Shown here: in pieces, positions 56,837-64,000 of the stretch
How the letters are laid out: each line of letters starts with the position of its first letter
Numbering within the stretch: position 1 is the stretch's first letter
Source of the DNA: Thermoproteota archaeon
GTDB taxonomy: Archaea; Thermoproteota; EX4484-205; JAAOZP01
Assembly: GCA_038848185.1 (NCBI GenBank)
Contig: JAWCNV010000007.1
Coordinates: 9,378-73,377, forward strand
DNA length: 64,000 nt
Direction: 5' to 3'
Translations under genes and position numbers: made by a program
The notes under the pieces: generated by a model
The model's input: the letters and a program-made list of their open reading frames with translations, nothing else
The model's database searches: none
What the model was told of the DNA's origin: nothing

Positions 56837-57853
56837 GTGAAGGAGGCTGTTCTCTGGCATAAAGAGGGGGAGAGGGTGAGATGCAACCTTTGCGGGAGAC
56901 GCTGTTTAATCGCCGACAAGGCTTTAGGCATATGCCTCGTTAGGAAGAATATTGACAGCAAGCTCTACAGTCTTAACTACGGTAAGCTTATAGCTCTACA
57001 CGTCGACCCCATTGAGAAGAAGCCACTCTTCCACTTCCTTCCTGGAAACTTCACTTTCTCGATCGCCAGCGCTGGATGCAACTTTGCCTGCAAGTTTTGT
57101 GACAACTATGATATAAGTCAGGTTTATCGTGACAGGAGACTTGACCAAGTTCTTGGAGACGAATATACTCCTAAGGATGTTGTTAACCAAGCAGCATCCG
57201 AAGGCTGCAGGATAATAAGCTACACTTACACTGAGCCCACGATATTCTTCGAATTCGCCTATGATACTGCTAAGCTCGCCCATGAGAATGATATTAAGAA
57301 TACTTTTGTCACAAACGGCTACATGACGCCTGAGGCGGTTAAAATGATTGCACCGTACTTGGATGCTGCTACTGTGGACTTCAAATGCTCCGGTGACCCA
57401 GAGTGCTATAGGAAGATAATGGGTGTCCCTGATGTTAAGCCCGTATATGACTGCCTTATTGAGATGAAGAAGCAAGGAATCTTCATCGAGATTACGAATC
57501 TTGTGATACCAGGTTTCGACGATAATATGAATGGTTTCAGAAACCTTGTCAAATGGGTTAGGGACAACCTTGGCGGGGAGACTCCTCTTCACATACTCAG
57601 GTTCTTTCCAACATACAGGTTTTCAAATATTTCGGATACGCCCTTAGAAAGCCTCGAGAAAGCATACGAGGTAGCTAGGCAGGAAGGGATGAAGTTTGTC
57701 TATCTTGGTAATGTGCCGGGTCAAGGCGAAAACACTTATTGCCCGAATTGCGGAGAGCTGTTGATCGAGAGATTTGGGCTGATGATGAGTCGCAATAGGC
57801 TTAAGGGAGACAGATGTTTCAAGTGCGGGGCTAAAATACCTATCGTCATCTAA
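56837..57853 (+). CDS. AmmeMemoRadiSam-system radical SAM enzyme (PflX-like)
   Basis: DPIEKKPLFHF, CNFACKFCDN, YTYTEP, YLGNVPG, CPNCG. Confidence 0.92.
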   Translation: MKEAVLWHKEGERVRCNLCGRRCLIADKALGICLVRKNIDSKLYSLNYGKLIALHVDPIEKKPLFHFLPGNFTFSIASAGCNFACKFCDNYDISQVYRDRRLDQVLGDEYTPKDVVNQAASEGCRIISYTYTEPTIFFEFAYDTAKLAHENDIKNTFVTNGYMTPEAVKMIAPYLDAATVDFKCSGDPECYRKIMGVPDVKPVYDCLIEMKKQGIFIEITNLVIPGFDDNMNGFRNLVKWVRDNLGGETPLHILRFFPTYRFSNISDTPLESLEKAYEVARQEGMKFVYLGNVPGQGENTYCPNCGELLIERFGLMMSRNRLKGDRCFKCGAKIPIVI

Positions 57854-57947
57854 TCTTTATAGGCGTCTGGCTAAACATATGTTCAGTTAACACTTTTCCG
57901 AGGGTTAGCAATACCCATAAATACTTCCAAAGAATTTGATTAACGCC

Positions 57948-58742
57948 TTGCAGACGATATGTGTTATTGGTCTGGGAAAGATGGGTAGCATAATAGTCAG
58001 ACGCATCCTTAAAACGGGAGAATACAGAGTAGTCGCCACAGATATTGATCCTAACAGGCGTATGCTTGCCGAGTCACATGGTGCAGAGGTTTTCGAGACT
58101 AATAGGGATGCTGCAAAGAATGCTGACATAATTATTCTGGCGGTTAAACCTAAGGAAGTAGCCTCTGTTTTAAATAATGTTAAAGACTTTATAGACGGAA
58201 AGCTTGTGCTATCCATAGCTGCAGCAGTCACGCTGAACCACATGGAGAAGATTTCTCCAAACACCAGGTTCATCAGAGTCATGCCGAACATTCTGATAGA
58301 GGTTGACGAAGCATTCATCGCACTGTGCCCTGGTTCCAAGGCGGCAGAGGAAGATGTTGAGCTTGCCTCCAAGATTTTCAGTATAATGGGCGAGGTAGTA
58401 AGAGTTGGGGAGGAACTGATGGATGGGGTAACAGGGTTCTCAGGAAGCGGCCCTGCCTACGTTTTCGACATTATGGATGCGTTGGCGGATGCTGGTGTAA
58501 AGATCGGCCTACCTAAGGAGCTTTCACTCAAGATAGCGGCGAAGATGATGCTTGGCTCTGCTAAAATGGTGCTGGAGGGAAAAGGCAAGCCGATGGAGCT
58601 TAGAGACATGGTTACCACCCCCGGAGGCACAACTATAATGGGTCTTTATGAGCTTGAGAAAGGGGGAGTCAGGGCATCCATAATGAATGCTGTGGAGGCT
58701 GCTGCTAAGAGAGCCAAGGAATTGTCCGTAGCATTCTCGTGA
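57948..58742 (+). CDS. proC: pyrroline-5-carboxylate reductase
   Basis: IGLGKMG, LAVKP, RVMPN, SGSGPAY, VTTPGGTTI; start TTG 57948 or 57936. Confidence 0.95.
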   Translation: MQTICVIGLGKMGSIIVRRILKTGEYRVVATDIDPNRRMLAESHGAEVFETNRDAAKNADIIILAVKPKEVASVLNNVKDFIDGKLVLSIAAAVTLNHMEKISPNTRFIRVMPNILIEVDEAFIALCPGSKAAEEDVELASKIFSIMGEVVRVGEELMDGVTGFSGSGPAYVFDIMDALADAGVKIGLPKELSLKIAAKMMLGSAKMVLEGKGKPMELRDMVTTPGGTTIMGLYELEKGGVRASIMNAVEAAAKRAKELSVAFS

Positions 58743-58842
58743 TTCTGAAAAAAGCGATGGGAAAAAACTGGTCAATAAACATTTTTCCTAACCAACCCTT
58801 ATATCGAGCTTTTTCACCTGCCGGTATTCAACTAAAAGAAAA

Positions 58843-60675
58843 ATGAGTGTAGAAAAGCCGCTGCTTGACTACGTTAATTCGCTTAAGCCGAGGAAGAGTT
58901 TCACAGAGTCTATCGATGCCTTTGAAATGTTGATTAAATACCATAGGAAGTATCTCCTACTCATAATAATTGTGGTAATTCTCTCCTTCCTAAGAACCTA
59001 CTTGTTTACGCTTGAACCCCTCTACACTTCTCTGATAATAGACGACGTGATTATAGGTGGGGAACACGAGATGCTGGTAAGCTATGTCACGATAATCCTG
59101 CTGGTAGGTGTAGGGTTTGCGGTAGTAAACTTTTTCATAAGTTACTTGAACGGTTTAATAGCACTACTCATCATACGTGATATAAGGTCAGACTACTATA
59201 CGTCTCTACAAGCAAAATCCTTCAGCTTCTATGACTCTGTGGCGGTCGGCGACCTAGTTTCAAGAGCCACAATGGATCTACAGCCCGTCGATGCTTTTCT
59301 ACGCAGCTGGGTCAGCACTTTATTTAATGCAATATTCTCAGTAATCATCTTCTTCTCAGTCATGTATTCGATCAGCCCCTCAATGACCCTTATCTCCCTA
59401 ATACCGATGCCCTTAATCTTCTATTTTACAACTAGGCTCTGGGTTGAAACGATGCCGCTTTTCAGAATCATGCAGCTTATACTTGGCAGGCTTAGCGCAT
59501 ATATTCAGCAGAACATTATAGGAATGAAGACGGTAAGAATATTTAGGAGAGAAAAGGATGTTGTTGAAGGCTTTAAGAAGGCTGAGCAAGTATTCGTTGA
59601 GACAGCCATAACCGCTGGAAGAATACAATCCATATATATGCCTCTTCCCACAGCGATACTAACTCTTTCAATAGCTATGGTTTACGTTTATGCTACACAC
59701 TCGATTTACAACGCTGGAGCTATGCTGACTGTCGGAAGCATAATACTTTTCGCCAGATACATGATGCGCCTAAGCTTCCCCTTGAGGGATTTGAGCATGC
59801 TGCTGGGAACATGGATCAACGCGTCCGCAGGGTTGGAGAGGATTTTTGAAATAATGGATGCTCCGAGAGGCGTTGAGGATAAGCCCGGTGCTGATGACAT
59901 AACTATAAGAAACGGTATGGTTGAATTCCAGAACGTAACCTTCCAGTATGCTAACGGCAAGCCGGTTTTAAGAAACATAAGTTTCAGAGTCAACCCGGGC
60001 GAGAAGATCGCTATCCTAGGCGCAACCGGTTCAGGCAAATCATCTCTAGTATATCTTATTCCAAGGTTTTACGACGTCACCTCTGGAAGCATACTAATAG
60101 ATGGTGTGGACGTTAGAAGATTTAAACTATCCTCTTTAAGAAGACAGATAGGCATTGTTCCCCAAGACGTCTTCCTTTTCTCCGGAACAATCAAAGACAA
60201 CATTACTTTCGGAAAGCCGAATGCCTCAATGGAGGAGGTTGTTAAGGCTGCGGAGCTAGCTAAGATACGTGACTTCATAGAGTCTTTACCAGAGGGCTAT
60301 GATACTTTCGTCGGCGAGAGAGGAGTCACTCTTTCAGGAGGCCAGAGGCAGAGGATAACTATTGCTAGGGCAATACTGACAGACCCTAAGATACTTATAA
60401 TGGATGATTCATTATCCTTTGTAGATTCTAAGACTGAGCAAGAGATACAGTCTGCTATTGAGGAAGTGATTAAGGGAAGAACGACATTCATAATTGCGCA
60501 GAGACTGTCAACCATAAGAAACGCGGACAGGATAATGATTCTTGAGGATGGTGAGATTATCGAGTTCGGAACGCATGAAGAACTCATGGCTAGAGACGGG
60601 GCCTACAGGAGGATTTACGAGACTCAGTTCCTAGGTAAGGGTTTGGAAATCCTTTCCGCGGAGGTGGGTAAATAA
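58843..60675 (+). CDS. ABC exporter, fused TMD-NBD (heterodimer subunit A)
   Basis: 6 TM segments plus GATGSGKS, LSGGQRQR, degenerate MDDS and AQR site. Confidence 0.92.
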   Translation: MSVEKPLLDYVNSLKPRKSFTESIDAFEMLIKYHRKYLLLIIIVVILSFLRTYLFTLEPLYTSLIIDDVIIGGEHEMLVSYVTIILLVGVGFAVVNFFISYLNGLIALLIIRDIRSDYYTSLQAKSFSFYDSVAVGDLVSRATMDLQPVDAFLRSWVSTLFNAIFSVIIFFSVMYSISPSMTLISLIPMPLIFYFTTRLWVETMPLFRIMQLILGRLSAYIQQNIIGMKTVRIFRREKDVVEGFKKAEQVFVETAITAGRIQSIYMPLPTAILTLSIAMVYVYATHSIYNAGAMLTVGSIILFARYMMRLSFPLRDLSMLLGTWINASAGLERIFEIMDAPRGVEDKPGADDITIRNGMVEFQNVTFQYANGKPVLRNISFRVNPGEKIAILGATGSGKSSLVYLIPRFYDVTSGSILIDGVDVRRFKLSSLRRQIGIVPQDVFLFSGTIKDNITFGKPNASMEEVVKAAELAKIRDFIESLPEGYDTFVGERGVTLSGGQRQRITIARAILTDPKILIMDDSLSFVDSKTEQEIQSAIEEVIKGRTTFIIAQRLSTIRNADRIMILEDGEIIEFGTHEELMARDGAYRRIYETQFLGKGLEILSAEVGK

Positions 60676-60677
60676 TA

Positions 60678-61739
60678 ATGTCAGGTCCATGGCGCACATT
60701 TTCATCAACTCAGGAGGAAGAAAGAAAGAGAACTACTCCAGACAGAATATTGATTAGGAGGCTTTATAAATATGTTAAGCCGTTCAGGAGGAATCTTGCG
60801 ATCGCAACCCTAGCGATAGTTCTAACTTCCATAACTGGATTAGCTTCACCCTACATGCATAAGGTGGCGATAGACCAGATAATACAGACTGGAAACCTTT
60901 CCAACTTTATATGGTGGATCCCGCTGTTCATACTGGTTGTCCTATGCAACTTCTTCTTCCAATATGTGCAGATATTCCAAATGAGGATAATTGGTGAAAA
61001 CGTTGTTTCACTCATAAGGGATGAGATTATGGAAAAACTCCAAATCATTTCCCTAAGATATTTTTCAGAGGGCGAGATAGGCAGAATAATCTCCAGACCC
61101 ATAAACGATGCGAATAATCTCAGGATATTTCTTAGAATGGGGTTTACCAGCATACTTCTCGACACCTCCTCCATATTGGGCACTTTCATCATCATGTTTA
61201 TGCTGGATTTCGAGCTGTCCGCCATAGCTTTATCCTTCATTCCTCTAGCCATCGCTATAATCTGGTTGCTTGGAAAATACTCCAGGAAAGTTTATAGAAA
61301 AACCCTTTCAACTCTAGCTGGTTTAACTGCGAGGATGCAGGAAGACCTGTCTGGAATAAAAATTACTCAAGCGTTCGTGCAGGAGGAGAAGGTGAGAAGG
61401 AGGTTCGAGGAAACTCAGGAGGAGAATCTTAAGGCGAATAAGAATGCGTTAAAAATATCCTCAGTCTACCAGCCAGTGGTCATCATAACAAGGATAATCG
61501 GGACGTTGATAATACTTTGGTATGGGACGATTTTTGTTGAAAGTGGAGCCATAACAATAGGCACTTTAGTAGCTTTCATAGAATACCAGTTCTCATACTT
61601 CATGCCGCTTGTAGATCTGGTGAATATTTCAGACCAATATAACTCTGCAATGGCTGCAGTCGAAAGGCTTTTCGACCTTATTGACACTAAGGTTGAGGTT
61701 GAGGAGCCTCCTCCTGAAATAGCGGTTGAACTAAAATGA
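60678..61739 (+). CDS. ABC exporter subunit B, transmembrane part (split from its NBD)
   Basis: ABC_membrane-type 6 TM segments ending AAVERLFDLID..VE.E. Confidence 0.82.
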   Translation: MSGPWRTFSSTQEEERKRTTPDRILIRRLYKYVKPFRRNLAIATLAIVLTSITGLASPYMHKVAIDQIIQTGNLSNFIWWIPLFILVVLCNFFFQYVQIFQMRIIGENVVSLIRDEIMEKLQIISLRYFSEGEIGRIISRPINDANNLRIFLRMGFTSILLDTSSILGTFIIMFMLDFELSAIALSFIPLAIAIIWLLGKYSRKVYRKTLSTLAGLTARMQEDLSGIKITQAFVQEEKVRRRFEETQEENLKANKNALKISSVYQPVVIITRIIGTLIILWYGTIFVESGAITIGTLVAFIEYQFSYFMPLVDLVNISDQYNSAMAAVERLFDLIDTKVEVEEPPPEIAVELK

Positions 61740-62479
61740 TAGAAGAAGTAAGATTTGAGAACGTTACTTTCGGATATGACCCGGAGACCCCTGTTATAAG
61801 GGACATTAGTTTCACGCTTACACGCGGAAAGAAACTAGCTATAGTTGGGCCTACTGGCGCTGGGAAATCAACGATAATCAACTTGCTATCAAGATTTTAC
61901 GATCCTGACGAGGGCAGGATCCTTGTAAACAATACTGATTTAAAAAACATTCCAATCCTATCTTGGAGAGCAAGACTTAGCATAGTTCTCCAAGACTCCT
62001 TCCTTTTTCCAATGAGCGTGAAGGAGAACATAAGGTTTGGAAAACCTGATGCTTCAGACGAAGAGGTTGTTTCTGCCGCGAAAACCGTTGGGGCCCACGA
62101 GTTCATAATAAAGCTTCCTAACGGATATAACTACATGATACAAGAAGGATCCTCAAATATCTCCATCGGGCAGAGGCAGATGATAAGCTTCGCGAGAACC
62201 CTGTTGGCTAACCCAGAGATACTTGTTCTAGATGAGGCAACCTCCTCAGTCGACCCTTATACTGAGCTGGTTATACAGAGAGCTTTAAAGAAGCTTTTAA
62301 TGGGTAGGATGGCGATCATAATAGCTCACAGGCTTTCAACGATACGTCTGTGCGATGAAATACTGGTAATCAACAACGGGGTCATCGTGGAAAAAGGTAC
62401 CCATGAGGAGTTGATGCAGAAAGGAGGGTTATACAGCTCTTTCTACAGGCTCCAATTCATAGAGGAAAAAGGTTTCTAA
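61736..62479 (+). CDS. ABC exporter subunit B, nucleotide-binding part
   Basis: GPTGAGKST, ISIGQRQ, LDEATSSVD, AHRLST; ATGA overlap with the upstream TMD ORF. Confidence 0.85.
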   Translation: MIEEVRFENVTFGYDPETPVIRDISFTLTRGKKLAIVGPTGAGKSTIINLLSRFYDPDEGRILVNNTDLKNIPILSWRARLSIVLQDSFLFPMSVKENIRFGKPDASDEEVVSAAKTVGAHEFIIKLPNGYNYMIQEGSSNISIGQRQMISFARTLLANPEILVLDEATSSVDPYTELVIQRALKKLLMGRMAIIIAHRLSTIRLCDEILVINNGVIVEKGTHEELMQKGGLYSSFYRLQFIEEKGF

Positions 62480-62572
62480 ACCCCTATTAACCTGAGCAAC
62501 CAGTTTGAGGAAACGCATCGAAAAATTTTAAAAACAGGTTTCAAAAATCCTGTCCATAAGGAGGTGCCTTCC

Positions 62573-63940
62573 TTGAGTGGAGTCAGGGAGATCTCTGAGT
62601 CTCTGCGGGAATGGGAAAGGATTGCAGCACACTCCCATATAACAGGCCTAGGCTTAGAAGGATTAAAAGCTAAGCCTGTTGCAAGCGGTATGGTAGGCCA
62701 AGTCGAGGCGAGAGAGGCGGCGGGCATTGTGGTACGGTTAATAAAAGAAGGAAAGTTTGCAGGAAGAGCCGTATTGCTCGCAGGGCCTCCGGGAACCGGA
62801 AAGACGGCAATTGCTACCGCCATAGCGAGAGAACTCGGTAGAGATGTTCCATTTGTACCATTAGCAGCAAGCGAAATATTCTCTGCGGATATTAAGAAGA
62901 CAGAGTTCCTAATGCAAACCCTTAGGAAAGCGATAGGAGCAAGGATACATGAAGTTAGAAAGATTTACGAGGGGGAAGTTAAGGAAGTCTCTATAGAGAA
63001 GGCTCCCCATCCATATAACCCTTATCAACAGATACCTGCAGGGGCAACGATAAAGATTGCGACCACTGATGAGTCCAAGAGACTTACGATGGACCAGAGT
63101 TTTGCAACCCAACTCATACAGCAGGGCATAGAGACAGGCGACATCGTTCAGATAGATCCTGAAGGAGGCAGAATTGTTAAACTTGGGAAGAGTAGGAAGA
63201 GTGTTGAAGATAAGAAGGTTGACCTCTCTACATCCCAGGTTCTGGATGTTCCGAACGGTAATGTTCTTAAGGAGAAGGAGTTTGTCTACCCTGTCACACT
63301 CTATGCTCTCGATATGGCTGCAGCTAGACGGGGAGGAGACATATTCAGCATATTCTTCGGTGGAAGAGAATCAAAAGAAATAGAGCCTGAGACCAGGAGG
63401 GAGGTGGATGAATACGTAAAGACACTGGTTCAAGAAGGCAGGTGCGAGCTTCTTCCAGGCGTGGTGTTTATAGATGAATGTAGTATGCTTGACATAGAGA
63501 CTTTCGCGTTTCTCAACAGGGCACTGGAGCAGGAGCTTGCTCCAATAATAATATTTGCAACGAACAGAGGCTTCTCCACAGTAAGAGGAACGGACATGAG
63601 GGCCCCCCACGGAATGCCTCTAGACCTTCTCGATAGGCTTTTAATAATAAACACGAAGCCATATGGCAGGGACGAGATCAGAAGGATTCTGGAAATAAGG
63701 GCGGAGGCTGAGAAGATCCCGATAAGTAAGGAAGCTGTGGAGTATTTGACTGAAATAGGCGTTAACACAAGCCTTAGATATGCTGTTCAGCTTATTGCTC
63801 CAGCGTTTGAACTGGCTAAGGAGAGAAAGGCGGATAGAATAGAGAAGGATCATGTAAGCTATGTTGAGAAGCTCTTTGTTGACGTTAAGAAATCCGTTGA
63901 ATATCTTCGAGAGTATGAGAAACAGTTCCTTGACCTTTAG
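62573..63940 (+). CDS. TIP49/RuvB-like AAA+ ATPase (TBP-interacting protein)
   Basis: RIAAHSHITGLGL, GPPGTGKTA, FIDE.SMLDIE.F, ATNRG, PHGMPLDLLDR, SLRYAVQL; SD GGAGGTG then TTG 62573. Confidence 0.95.
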   Translation: MSGVREISESLREWERIAAHSHITGLGLEGLKAKPVASGMVGQVEAREAAGIVVRLIKEGKFAGRAVLLAGPPGTGKTAIATAIARELGRDVPFVPLAASEIFSADIKKTEFLMQTLRKAIGARIHEVRKIYEGEVKEVSIEKAPHPYNPYQQIPAGATIKIATTDESKRLTMDQSFATQLIQQGIETGDIVQIDPEGGRIVKLGKSRKSVEDKKVDLSTSQVLDVPNGNVLKEKEFVYPVTLYALDMAAARRGGDIFSIFFGGRESKEIEPETRREVDEYVKTLVQEGRCELLPGVVFIDECSMLDIETFAFLNRALEQELAPIIIFATNRGFSTVRGTDMRAPHGMPLDLLDRLLIINTKPYGRDEIRRILEIRAEAEKIPISKEAVEYLTEIGVNTSLRYAVQLIAPAFELAKERKADRIEKDHVSYVEKLFVDVKKSVEYLREYEKQFLDL

Positions 63941-64000
63941 GAAGCTTTTAAAGTAAGGATTCATGATACAGGCATGCCTCTCACATGGGTATGGAGAAAG

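Noticed and set aside
61737..61742. Stop-codon readthrough joining TMD and NBD
   Set aside because: TGA is followed by TAG, and the NBD is in a different frame
1..64000. CRISPR array, tRNA/rRNA, IS elements, integrase
   Set aside because: No regularly spaced repeats, cloverleaf or rRNA signatures, or transposase/integrase motifs found by eye

Overview
Gene-dense archaeal chromosomal segment. The evidence is TATA/BRE promoters, GGAGG/GGTGA Shine-Dalgarno sites, many TTG/GTG starts, and genes for TIP49, Trm5, archaeal GTPBP, split MetE and a LacS-type GH1. Gene content suggests an anaerobic, heterotrophic TACK/Thermoproteota lineage, but the exact taxon cannot be fixed from this window. It holds about 57 CDS: sugar and peptide catabolism, five or six ABC systems, a VapBC pair, pyrG, trxB, proC and a folate-type one-carbon cluster (metF-like + split metE converging on thyX-membrane protein-glyA). 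I found no rRNA, tRNA, CRISPR array or transposase. The clearest unexpected element is a complete TPP riboswitch (8650-8747) in the leader of a thiamine ABC operon, with a readable translational (SD-sequestering) expression platform; riboswitches are rare in archaea. Other highlights: an ECF-S-component-like membrane protein coupled between thyX and glyA (candidate new folate/pterin transporter); a ModB/CysT-like ABC system with two ATPases and DUF47 but no binding protein; two genes that appear to need CTG starts; an orphan HEXXH protein; and arrestin-fold and Roadblock-fold proteins. All protein calls come from motif recognition by eye; no database search was run.
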